Source: Saprospiraceae bacterium (lineage in GTDB: Bacteria > Bacteroidota > Bacteroidia > Chitinophagales > Saprospiraceae). From it: a stretch of DNA of 64,000 nucleotides. The notes below the pieces were generated by a model, which was not told the origin of the DNA, ran no database searches, and worked only from the letters and a program-made list of their open reading frames with translations. Both the position numbers and the translations under genes were made by a program. Location of the stretch: positions 8,905 to 72,904 of the forward strand of contig JAEUUV010000242.1 in the NCBI GenBank assembly GCA_016787285.1. The letters run 5' to 3'. Of the stretch, positions 26,628 through 35,418 are shown piece by piece. How positions within the stretch are numbered: position 1 is the stretch's first letter; every line of letters begins with the position of its first letter.

Positions 26628-28022
26628 TTAATAGTGACACTTTTGGCATTCGAGGCCGCCGATATCGGCAACCGTCACTTTCTCGCGTTTGCCGCTTTTG
26701 AGTTCCTCGTGGTAGCGGGCATATTGCTTGTAGTAGTCGTTGTCGTTGAATTTGACTTCCGTTTCGCGGTGGCAGTTGATGCACCAGCCCATGCCAAGCG
26801 TGGAATACTGGTACACTTCTTCCATCTGCTCCACCGGGCCGTGGCATTTCTGGCAGGCCACTTGACCGACGGACACGTGTTGCGCGTGGTTGAAATATGC
26901 GTGGTCGGCGAGGTTGTGAATGCGCACCCACTCGATCGGGCCTTGAATTTTGCCGTTCGAGTCGTTTTTCAAGGCCTTCACGATGCCGTCCCACTGGTGT
27001 TCGACCACGGTGCGACCGGCGTCGTTGAGTGCCGGCAGGCTGTTGGCTGCGGCGTACTCCTGACCGATCCACTGCTTGTACAGTTTTTCGATTTGCTCGT
27101 CCGACCAGCTGTCATAGTCCGGGATGTATTTGTTGGTAATCGGGTCGAAACCGATGGACGCGTAAATTTTGGTGATTTCCGCCGTACCCGAAATGGTGCC
27201 TTTCTTGACCGCCGAGTGGCAGTTCATGCAGGTATTCGTGCCGGGGATCAGCGAGTGCTTGGAGCGACGTGCCGAGTCGTGGCAGTATTGGCAGTCAATT
27301 TTGTTGACGCCCGCGTGAATCTTGTGGCTGAAAGCGACGGGTTGCTCCGGCTGGTAGTTTTGTTGCCGGCCCATTGCTGTGGCGTTGTCCACAGATTTGT
27401 AGCCGAAAACTAAAGTAGCGGCAAACACCAAAAACGCCACGGCGCCCTTGGTGGTCAGCACCTGATACAGTGTGCGTTCCACCGGAGCCTGACCGGCCTG
27501 CACGCGGGTGATGTTCCTCAGGTTATCAATGATGCGCATGAGCGCAAAGGCCAGCAGCGCGAGGATAAGTCCCAGACCGGCGAAAAGCCACATATTGCCG
27601 CCGCCGCCGGAAGTGCTTGCCTGATCATCTTTAGGGCCTTTATCGTCTTTTTTCTTATTCGCCACATCGTTGATGTACAGGATAACACTCTCGATCTGCT
27701 CGTCCGTCAGGCCGGTGAAGTTGTTCATCGGCGTGGGTTTCCACTTGGCCCACAGTTCCACGGCACGCGGGTGGCCTTCGGAAACCATGGCCTGCGAAGC
27801 CCGAATCCACTTGTACAAATCCGCACGCGGATAGGCCGCCCAGCGTTCTTCCACACCGGCCAAAGCGGGACCGGTGAGGTTGTCCTTCATGTTTTTATTG
27901 TGGCAGGCGGCGCAGTTGGCGATGAACAGGTTTTTGCCTTCTTCGATGGTCGGGGCCGCTTGAGCGGCGACGGAGGTGAGTAGTACTATCGAAAAAACCC
28001 GGCAGATGCGTGTTAGCAACAT
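26628..28022 (-). CDS. actA: Alternative complex III multihaem cytochrome c subunit ActA with an extra N-terminal c-type domain
   Basis: Six CxxCH motifs: CAACH, CQYCH, CMNCH, CQKCH, CINCH and CQKCH. The ATG at 28022 gives the signal peptide MLLTRICRVFSIVLLTSVAAQA. An alternative start lies at 28085. Confidence 0.85.
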   Translation of the reverse strand: MLLTRICRVFSIVLLTSVAAQAAPTIEEGKNLFIANCAACHNKNMKDNLTGPALAGVEERWAAYPRADLYKWIRASQAMVSEGHPRAVELWAKWKPTPMNNFTGLTDEQIESVILYINDVANKKKDDKGPKDDQASTSGGGGNMWLFAGLGLILALLAFALMRIIDNLRNITRVQAGQAPVERTLYQVLTTKGAVAFLVFAATLVFGYKSVDNATAMGRQQNYQPEQPVAFSHKIHAGVNKIDCQYCHDSARRSKHSLIPGTNTCMNCHSAVKKGTISGTAEITKIYASIGFDPITNKYIPDYDSWSDEQIEKLYKQWIGQEYAAANSLPALNDAGRTVVEHQWDGIVKALKNDSNGKIQGPIEWVRIHNLADHAYFNHAQHVSVGQVACQKCHGPVEQMEEVYQYSTLGMGWCINCHRETEVKFNDNDYYKQYARYHEELKSGKREKVTVADIGGLECQKCHY

Positions 28023-28127
28023 ATAAGATGAGGTGCTGGTTAATGGCTTTCGTTCGTTAAGCATCATCTGGCAGGCAAATCTCAATCATTGCATGTTTGA
28101 GAGTTGTCTCTTTGGAATTCGGTGGCG

Positions 28128-28158
28128 CAAAAATACCAACGCTCTGTTTATCACCAAA
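28128..28158 (-). promoter_or_regulatory. Bacteroidota-type promoter for the act-cox supercluster
   Basis: The plus strand shows CAAAAATA (28128-28135) and CAAA (28155-28158). The reverse complement gives TTTG-N19-TATTTTTG upstream of actA. Confidence 0.5.
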
Positions 28159-28349
28159 CGAAGTGTTAAATCAGCGCGCTATTTAGATGTGTTCAAAATT
28201 CGAGCGCGAAAAAACGAGTCGAATTGTGGTGAAAAATTCGGCGGGGCAAAGGTAGACAAGCACTTGTGGTTTGCAACAAGTTTGTAAAAATTTTGGGTTG
28301 CAACCTCCAGGCGCAAACCTGCGTCCACTAAAAAAACACACAACCACTT

Positions 28350-29039
28350 ATGGCTCACGTTTCTGTAAATACCCGCATGAAATCCTTCGACATCCCGCAC
28401 AAGGGACTTCGCAACGCACTTTCACAACTCAACCACCTCGCCGGCAGCACGGATTTTTCCCGACCGGAACAGGTAAAACTCCTGCAAAAAACCGGACGCG
28501 ACCTGTTCTCGATGCTGACGGAACACGCCGAAATCGAAGACCACGTACTGCTCGCCGCGCTGGAACAACGCCTCCCGGGCGCCGGGCAACACAACACGAG
28601 CGAGCATGTCGTCATCGAAGCACACCAGGCCCGGCTGGAAAATTTGCTCGAATCTCTGGCAGAGCAAGCCCTCCTCGGACAGCCGGTTGAGGCCCTCGCC
28701 CGGGAGTTTTATGTTGAACTGAACCGATTTCACAGCGCCTACCTGCTGCACATGCTGGGCGAGGAAGAGGAAACACAACAATTGCTGTGGGAGCATTTCT
28801 CCGATGCCGAACTCATGGAGATGAACAAGCAGGCCGTCGGCCGGATCAAACCCGAGGAAATGTTGCTGTGGGTACACTACGCCGCTCCGGCCATGGATCA
28901 CCCCGGACGCCTGCAATGGATGCGCGGCATGAAAGCCGGCGCGCCGGAGGTGTTTTTCAAACAAATACTGGAAGTAAGCAAATCTGTGCTTCCTACTTCT
29001 GAGTTTATTCGGCTTGAGCAGGAATTGAGCGGGCTGTAA
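28350..29039 (+). CDS. Hemerythrin-like (HHE cation-binding) domain protein
   Basis: Helical protein with repeated H...E pairs (HKGLRNA, HAEIEDHVLL, EHVVIEAH, HMLGEEEE). Confidence 0.55.
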   Translation: MAHVSVNTRMKSFDIPHKGLRNALSQLNHLAGSTDFSRPEQVKLLQKTGRDLFSMLTEHAEIEDHVLLAALEQRLPGAGQHNTSEHVVIEAHQARLENLLESLAEQALLGQPVEALAREFYVELNRFHSAYLLHMLGEEEETQQLLWEHFSDAELMEMNKQAVGRIKPEEMLLWVHYAAPAMDHPGRLQWMRGMKAGAPEVFFKQILEVSKSVLPTSEFIRLEQELSGL

Positions 29040-29093
29040 CAGGTTGGAAAAAACAGCAGGCGCGTTATCTTTGTCCACTAAATTCGCTCAGCC

Positions 29094-29576
29094 ATGTTCG
29101 ATGTAGCCGTATCACCGGAAGTATCCACCTACGAAATAGAACGCAACAAGCCTATGCCGTCCCTCAACCACAGCCTGCTGCAAGCACGGCTGATTGCCCG
29201 ACTTTTCGCTCGTTATGAAAGCGAGTACGACATCGCCTCCGAGCTCAGCCTCGACCTCGCAGACTGGCCCTCGGTGCCCGACCTGTCCATTCTGCCCAAA
29301 CTGACGCCCGACTTCCGCAACGATGTGACGACTGTGACCGAGCCGCCCCTCGGCGTCATCGAAATCATCTCGCCCAGCCAGACGCTTAACCAGTTGGTCG
29401 CCAAAGCCGAGGCCTACTTTGCGCACGGAGTCAAGTCTTGCTGGCTTGTGCTGTTGCCGCTCACAAATATCTATGTATTCTCCAGCCCCGACGACTACCG
29501 GATTTTCCGCGAGCACGAGGTACTAAACGACGAGGTACTCGGCATCGAACTACCGCTGAAGGAGGTGTTTTCCTGA
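29094..29576 (+). CDS. Uma2-family (DUF820) putative endonuclease
   Basis: SLNHSLLQARL..., DLSILPK and VIEIISPSQ fit the Uma2 PD-(D/E)xK pattern (from memory). Confidence 0.6.
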   Translation: MFDVAVSPEVSTYEIERNKPMPSLNHSLLQARLIARLFARYESEYDIASELSLDLADWPSVPDLSILPKLTPDFRNDVTTVTEPPLGVIEIISPSQTLNQLVAKAEAYFAHGVKSCWLVLLPLTNIYVFSSPDDYRIFREHEVLNDEVLGIELPLKEVFS

Positions 29577-29589
29577 GCCGTACCCAGGG

Positions 29590-31998
29590 TCACGCCAACC
29601 GCCCCGGCTCCACTTCCCGCATCAGCGCATACACTTGCTCCACGACGTCTTCCACCTGCGGTTTACTGAAATAATCGCCATCCTGACCATAAGCCGGGCG
29701 GTGATCCTTGGCAGCAATGGCCACCGGCGCGGAATCCAGATAGCGGTAACCACCCTGCTCGTCCAGCACCTGCTGCATCAGGTAGCCCGTGGCGCCGCCC
29801 TGAAAATCTTCGTCAAGGAACACCACCCGGTTGGTTTTTTGCAGCGATTGGAGGCAGGTATGCGGCAGGTCGAACGGCAATAGCGTCTGCACGTCCACCA
29901 ATTCCGCGGAAATTCCGTGCCCGGCCAGCAGGTCGCAGGCCTCCTCGGCCACGCGCACGCTGGAACCGTAGGTGATGATCGTCACATCCGAGCCTTCGCG
30001 TAGCACCTCCGGCACACCGAGCGGCACGGTGAACGCACCGATATTATCGGGCAGGCGCTCCTTGAGTCGGTAGCCGTTCAGGCACTCGACCACAATGGCC
30101 GGGTCATCGCTGCGCAGCAGCGTGTTGTACATACCGGCTGCTTGTGTCATGTTGCGCGGCACGCAGAAGTACATGCCTCGCAACGAGCCGAGCATCATGC
30201 CCATCGGCGAGCCGGCATGCCACACACCCACCAGCCTGTGGCCGCGTGTGCGAATGATGGCCGGGGCAGCCTGCTGGTTGTTGGAGCGCCAGCGCACGGT
30301 ACACAGGTCGTCGGAAAGGGCAGACAGGCCGTACAGCAAATAATCGAGGTATTGGATTTCGGCGATTGGCCGCAAGCCGCGCATGGCCATGCCGATGGCC
30401 TGGCCCATGATCGTCCATTCCCGGATGCCGGTGTCGAACACACGATCGACACCGTATTTCTCCTGCATGCCGCGCAGTCCCTGATTCACGTCGCCGATTT
30501 TCCCGACATCTTCGCCGAACGCAAAAAGCGCCGGCTCCTGCCCGAAGTTGGCGTCGAAGCAGGCGTTCAGAATTTCGTAGCCGTCTTTCATGGGCGCTTG
30601 TTCGGAAAACTGCGCCGGCGCCACCGGTACCTTCAGCGCCGATTTGGGCGTATTACTATACAGGTGTGCAGAAAACCAGCGCTCTCCGTTTGTTTGTTCC
30701 TGCTGCGCAAACGCAAGCAGTTGGTCTTTGGCCGCACTGGTTTTGCCCGCCAGGGCGAACACGGCCCGGCGGGCGGTTTTTATCAGTTCAAACCGCAAGG
30801 GATCGCGCATTTTTTCCAGATCGGAAATCAGGACGGGCAACGCAGTCACCTCCGGGTGTGCCGTGTGAGCCGCGTGCAACGCAGCCGCCAACGCTCGGCG
30901 ACGTTCCGTTACAGCGTCGTGGTAGTGGCGGAATGCACGCTGGCAGGCTTCCGTCGCTTCCTTTTTGGCCTCTGCCTTGATGGCGGTTATCTCTTCATCC
31001 GTAGCGATACCGGCGGAAACCATCCATTCCGCCATGCGCTTGTTGCAGTCAAATTCCTCTTCGTACGCCAGGCGTTCGGGCGACTTGTAGCGCCGGTGAT
31101 CGCCGGATGTGGAGTGGCCCAACTGCTGGGTCACTTCCTGAATATGGAACAGTGCCGGGCGGTGAGTTTGGCGCATTTCGCTTACTGCATCCGAGTACAG
31201 TTTGCAAAGTCCAGGGTAGTCCCAGGCCTTTCCGATACGAATATCGAGGCCGCCTTCGCCGTCGAAGCCGCTCAGCACCTGGGAGATATTTTCCTTGGCA
31301 GTCTGGTATTTTTTGGGGACAGAGATGCCGTACCCGTCGTCCCAGACGGAAATCGCCAGGGGCACCTGCAGCACACCCGCCGCGTTGACGGTTTCCCAAA
31401 AAACACCCTCGGAGGTGGACGCGTCGCCGATGGTGCAAAAAACGACTTCGTTGCCGTGATCTGACAGGTTGCCATTTAGGGCGGGTTGTTCGCGAAATTT
31501 TTTGGAGGCGAATGCCAAGCCAAGCGCCCGGGCCATCTGGCCGCCGGTGGGCGACACGTCGGAGGAAATGTTGTAGCGATTTTTCAAATCGAGCCAGTTG
31601 CCGTTTTCATCCACGAAAGGCGTAGCGAAGTGGCAGTTCATTTGGCGCCCGCCGGAGAACTTGTCGTTTTCGGGATCGCCGTACAGTTGGCCGAAAAAAT
31701 CGTCGAGGGTCATCAGGTCGAGCGCCAGCATCAGCGTTTGGTCGCGGTAGTATCCGGAGCGGAAGTCGCCCTTGCGCCAGGCTTTAGCCATGGCCACTTG
31801 CGCCACCTCTTTGCCGTCGCCGATAATACCGAAATTGGCCTTCCCGGTGAGCACTTCCTTTCGGGCCAGCACACTGGCTTCGCGGCTGAGACAACAGAGT
31901 CGGAAATCGCGCAGGACTTCCTGGCGGTAGGCGTTGGAGTGGGAATTGGGTTTCGAGGAACGGGCAACGGTGCGGGGTTGCGCTTTTGTTTCGACCAT
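29590..31998 (-). CDS. 2-oxoacid dehydrogenase E1 component, fused alpha/beta subunits (TPP-dependent)
   Basis: 802 aa. The N-terminal half has the E1-alpha TPP motif (GDASTSEG...) and the C-terminal half is an E1-beta/transketolase-like domain. Confidence 0.8.
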   Translation of the reverse strand: MVETKAQPRTVARSSKPNSHSNAYRQEVLRDFRLCCLSREASVLARKEVLTGKANFGIIGDGKEVAQVAMAKAWRKGDFRSGYYRDQTLMLALDLMTLDDFFGQLYGDPENDKFSGGRQMNCHFATPFVDENGNWLDLKNRYNISSDVSPTGGQMARALGLAFASKKFREQPALNGNLSDHGNEVVFCTIGDASTSEGVFWETVNAAGVLQVPLAISVWDDGYGISVPKKYQTAKENISQVLSGFDGEGGLDIRIGKAWDYPGLCKLYSDAVSEMRQTHRPALFHIQEVTQQLGHSTSGDHRRYKSPERLAYEEEFDCNKRMAEWMVSAGIATDEEITAIKAEAKKEATEACQRAFRHYHDAVTERRRALAAALHAAHTAHPEVTALPVLISDLEKMRDPLRFELIKTARRAVFALAGKTSAAKDQLLAFAQQEQTNGERWFSAHLYSNTPKSALKVPVAPAQFSEQAPMKDGYEILNACFDANFGQEPALFAFGEDVGKIGDVNQGLRGMQEKYGVDRVFDTGIREWTIMGQAIGMAMRGLRPIAEIQYLDYLLYGLSALSDDLCTVRWRSNNQQAAPAIIRTRGHRLVGVWHAGSPMGMMLGSLRGMYFCVPRNMTQAAGMYNTLLRSDDPAIVVECLNGYRLKERLPDNIGAFTVPLGVPEVLREGSDVTIITYGSSVRVAEEACDLLAGHGISAELVDVQTLLPFDLPHTCLQSLQKTNRVVFLDEDFQGGATGYLMQQVLDEQGGYRYLDSAPVAIAAKDHRPAYGQDGDYFSKPQVEDVVEQVYALMREVEPGRLA

Positions 31999-32226
31999 AT
32001 CAACGAATATCGTGGTTAGGGCAAAGATTTGACTGCGGGGATTGCAGACGCCTTTTTTCAGGCACGCAAATGTACAACATTTATCCGGCGCGGCTCGAAA
32101 CAGGTTTCGGCACTTGCACTTGGCAGTTGGAACAAACTAACACGAAATTCAGAGCAAACAACTGGTTTTCAAAATTTTGATCAAGCACCCAATACGCTGC
32201 CAAGATTAATTTTTTGATTCCACGCC

Positions 32227-32256
32227 CTTGTCACCGTTTTTTTTGTCCTAATTTTG
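32227..32256 (+). promoter_or_regulatory. Possible promoter for the dksA-like gene
   Basis: TAATTTTG at 32249-32256 matches TAnnTTTG. The -33 element is only CTTG (32227-32230), 18 nt upstream. Confidence 0.3.
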
Positions 32257-32311
32257 CCCGCCCTTTTGAAACTCAAATCATTTCACCACCACAATAAACG
32301 ACCCGAGCATT

Positions 32312-32899
32312 ATGTCACACGAACCAGCGATACGGTACAGCGATGCAGAACTGGAAGAGTTCAGGGTGCTGATCGAGGAAAAAATCGTCAAGGCCGAGGA
32401 GGAACTGTCGTTCACGCAAAAGCAGATTGACGAGTTGAACGAAAACGGCTTCAACCAGCAAGGCGGCGACTGGTACGACGACTCTACCGCCCATACCGAC
32501 CTGGAATTGCTGCAACGCATGGCCCTGCGCCAACAGCGCCATATTCAGGACCTGCGCAACGCCTTGCTGCGCATCAAAAACAAGACTTATGGTATTTGCA
32601 TCGTGACAGGACAGTTGATTGACAAAAATCGCCTGCGCCTGGTTCCCCATGCCACCAAAAGTATGGAGGGCAAAAGCAAAACGAGCACCGGTCGGGAAAG
32701 CAACGGCGGGGACTCCGGTAACGGCGATTTCTTTGTGGAAGACGAAGAACGACCGGCACCTAAACCCATCGGCGACAAAGTGCGGCTGCCCGCAGGCAAA
32801 CGCCCCAACTCCGGCGGCGAAGACTGGGAAATCGGGTCTGAAACCATGGAAAGCGCCGACGGCTACACCGGACGAAAATATCAGGACGACGACGAATAG
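32312..32899 (+). CDS. TraR/DksA-family regulator with a degenerate zinc finger and an acidic C-terminal extension
   Basis: N-terminal coiled coil. YGICIVTGQLIDKNRLRLVPHATKS corresponds to the DksA finger but retains only one Cys. A G/D/E-rich tail of about 70 aa follows. Confidence 0.65.
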   Translation: MSHEPAIRYSDAELEEFRVLIEEKIVKAEEELSFTQKQIDELNENGFNQQGGDWYDDSTAHTDLELLQRMALRQQRHIQDLRNALLRIKNKTYGICIVTGQLIDKNRLRLVPHATKSMEGKSKTSTGRESNGGDSGNGDFFVEDEERPAPKPIGDKVRLPAGKRPNSGGEDWEIGSETMESADGYTGRKYQDDDE

Positions 32900-33004
32900 T
32901 GATGAGCTATGAGTGCTGGATGTTCACATTCGGCTCTAACTCACGAAAAATGAAGCGGCTGTCAACCAAGTGTGGTTGACAGCCGCTTCTGCATAAATGA
33001 TTCG

Positions 33005-33550
33005 TCAAATTCGGATGGCCGCGGGAATTTTCAGCGGCAGCGCCGGCACATTGTCCGAACCGCGTTGTCGGTTCGGGTTTTGCTTCGACATTTTGGTCAG
33101 GAGTTCCCCAATGTCGTCGTATCGCATCTTGCCCCGGATAGTCACCAGGGCAAATGCCTCCTCAGATTGTACCAGTACCACGATTTTCCGGATTGCCTCG
33201 CCGCGTTCCTTGGCTAGCACCCAAATGCGGGCCTCCGGACTTCGCACAAAAAGCAGTTCTTCCATATTGCGCTTCTTCGCTTTCGCAAAAAAACGCTGCA
33301 CGTCCGCATCCGTAACCGGGTTGTCATCATTTTCAAACACGAGTACCCGGGCCTTGCGCACTTTGCGGATGAGTTGGCGATCAACCTTTTCGTCCAGAAA
33401 CCAGGAACCTGCGTGAATGAGCCAGCGCGGAACGGTCAGCGCCACTGCACCGTCGTAGTCTTTGTATTTCCAGTACAATCCGTAGTCCTGTGCCTGCAGG
33501 CCAAAGCCCGGCAGGATAAAAGCCAGTGCTAAAATGAGCGTCCGCATCAT
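33005..33550 (-). CDS. DUF4252-domain secreted protein
   Basis: Signal peptide, position in the ECF operon, and a 4-nt overlap with the upstream gene. Confidence 0.6.
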   Translation of the reverse strand: MMRTLILALAFILPGFGLQAQDYGLYWKYKDYDGAVALTVPRWLIHAGSWFLDEKVDRQLIRKVRKARVLVFENDDNPVTDADVQRFFAKAKKRNMEELLFVRSPEARIWVLAKERGEAIRKIVVLVQSEEAFALVTIRGKMRYDDIGELLTKMSKQNPNRQRGSDNVPALPLKIPAAIRI

Positions 33551-34068
33551 TCTTTGGTTTTTGCTTTTTCCAGGTGTTTTATCCCTTCAATGTCCAGACC
33601 TTTGGAGAGGCTCGAAATTTTGTCGAGGTCAATTTTTCCCGCAAGACTGAGCAGCACAAACTGATCGGGCGAGCCGACGAGCAGCAGCAGTTCATTGATG
33701 ATATTGCCGCTGTCTTTAACCCAGATGCGTACGTTTTCCTTGCCGTCGCGCACGGTCACCAACTCCTCATACTCGGTGGCCGGCACTTTGTCGAGGGCCT
33801 CCTTGTACAATTTCATGCCGTCGGCGATGCTATCGGCGGTCAGCACGCGCAGTCCCTTGAGGCCGCCGATGACCTCGCGGAAATTTTCCCAGTCCTTGTC
33901 GTCGGTGCTGATTTTGGACACGATGTTAAACATTTTGGGGCTGACAAAAACCACGGTGAACCGCTCGTCGTCCATGTACTGGCTGAAGAAACGGTTGATG
34001 GCGTCGTTTTGGGCGCTCAGAATTGCCGCAAAAAAGAGGAACGGCAACAACAACATGACTTTTTTCAT
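33547..34068 (-). CDS. DUF4252-domain secreted protein
   Basis: Signal peptide MKKVMLLLPFLFFAAILSAQ. INRFFSQYMDDERFTVVFVSPKMF is typical of DUF4252. Confidence 0.65.
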   Translation of the reverse strand: MKKVMLLLPFLFFAAILSAQNDAINRFFSQYMDDERFTVVFVSPKMFNIVSKISTDDKDWENFREVIGGLKGLRVLTADSIADGMKLYKEALDKVPATEYEELVTVRDGKENVRIWVKDSGNIINELLLLVGSPDQFVLLSLAGKIDLDKISSLSKGLDIEGIKHLEKAKTKE

Positions 34069-34097
34069 AGCTACACTTTTGTTGGTGATAAATTCAG

Positions 34098-34730
34098 TTA
34101 ACCATTTTTCCGCTTGAGCAGAATCTCTACATGGTCTACTTCCTGCAGACCCTTGTCAAGGGTTTCCTTGCTTTTGTTAATTTTGGACGACACCAGCGCC
34201 AGCGCTGCGCGAATTTCGGCCAAAGCCTGCTCGGGGTCTTCGCAGGTATCGTCTTCAACAGGGACATCCGCTTGTTTTTTCAGGCGTACAGGCTTTCGGA
34301 TTTCAGGCTCGACAACCGGCGATTGTGCCAACTCAGACGTATTTTCCGGCACAGCAGCCATCGGTTTTTCCAGAAATCCCGGACGTTCATTTTTTTGCGC
34401 CGGAGGGTTTTGAACTATTTGCCACGGCGGTTCCGGCACATTTTTCCGCCACCAAAGCCCTGCCGCGCAAAGCAACAGGATTACAGCCGCCGCGATGCTG
34501 TACCACCGCTGCGTGGTTCGGGGAAACAAATTCACCCGTTTCGCCGCAGGCGCCTGCACGGATTTCTCCTCCTGGAGGATACGAAACCAACGCGCTTCCT
34601 GTCGGAATTCTTCCGGCAAATCGTCACCGGCAGCAGTAAAAAACGCCTTGATCCGGCGCTCTTCTTCCAGCGTGGTTTCGCCTTCCCAGTAGCGGTCAAG
34701 CAACGTGCGCATGTCCGGTATTTGTGTCAT
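34098..34730 (-). CDS. Putative anti-sigma factor (single-pass membrane protein)
   Basis: It follows the ECF sigma gene after 12 nt. The N-terminus LLDRYWEGETTLEEERRIKAFF and a central TM helix are typical of this operon type. Confidence 0.55.
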   Translation of the reverse strand: MTQIPDMRTLLDRYWEGETTLEEERRIKAFFTAAGDDLPEEFRQEARWFRILQEEKSVQAPAAKRVNLFPRTTQRWYSIAAAVILLLCAAGLWWRKNVPEPPWQIVQNPPAQKNERPGFLEKPMAAVPENTSELAQSPVVEPEIRKPVRLKKQADVPVEDDTCEDPEQALAEIRAALALVSSKINKSKETLDKGLQEVDHVEILLKRKNG

Positions 34731-34742
34731 TTTGGTTTGTTT

Positions 34743-35267
34743 TTAAACATTTGCGGGGACGTAAGCATCCACCGCCACTAATTTTTCCCGAATGGTTTTT
34801 CGCGCCCGGTGCAGGCAAACTTTCACCTGATCCAACGAAATCTCCAGCACCTTGGCAATTTCCTCATAACTCAGTTCCTCCACATCGCGCAGGTGCATGA
34901 CCAAGCGTTGTTTCTCCGGCAGTTCCTGCATGAGGCGTCGGGCTTGTGCGGCGAGGTCGCCGAGTTCGGTCGCGCGCGCCGCATCGCCGGTATCGAACTG
35001 CTTGGCCGCCTGATCGTCCAGCGGCACTACCCGGCGCTGGGCCGTGGCGCGGAGTTTGTCCAACGAGCGGTTGCGCGTCAGGGTCATACACCAGGCTTCC
35101 CAGTTCGACACATCGGTAGCCTGACCTTCCGACGATTTCCAGACCCGTTCCAACACTTCCTGTACCACATCCTCGGCTTCGGGTATGCTCCCGGTGATCC
35201 GCAGGGCAAAGCGGTACAACTTGTGCCGGATTGGGTACACGTGGTGTTGGAAGATGGTCCAGTTCAT
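34743..35267 (-). CDS. ECF-subfamily RNA polymerase sigma-70 factor
   Basis: Region 2 (AEDVVQEVLERVW) and region 4 (LPEKQRLVMHLRDVEELSYEEIAKVL) are recognisable. Confidence 0.85.
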   Translation of the reverse strand: MNWTIFQHHVYPIRHKLYRFALRITGSIPEAEDVVQEVLERVWKSSEGQATDVSNWEAWCMTLTRNRSLDKLRATAQRRVVPLDDQAAKQFDTGDAARATELGDLAAQARRLMQELPEKQRLVMHLRDVEELSYEEIAKVLEISLDQVKVCLHRARKTIREKLVAVDAYVPANV

Positions 35268-35418
35268 GTTTGGGTTGAAAAAACAACTGCGTTTTTTGCG
35301 TGGCGATGGAGGAAAGACGGGCGAAAAAACAGGATGTTACAGAAAAGAAAAAAAATTCTGGAAAAATCGAAGCAGGTTCGTCAAAAGCGGCGTTATCCAA
35401 TAAAAAACTACCGCGCTT

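Noticed and set aside
29094-29576. Uma2-family endonuclease as part of a restriction or defence system
   Set aside because: It is a solitary gene with no methyltransferase or partner. This family is abundant and usually stand-alone.
30142-31464. 440-aa ORF on the plus strand
   Set aside because: It is antisense to the fused E1 dehydrogenase gene. It has no motifs and an Arg/Gly-rich composition.
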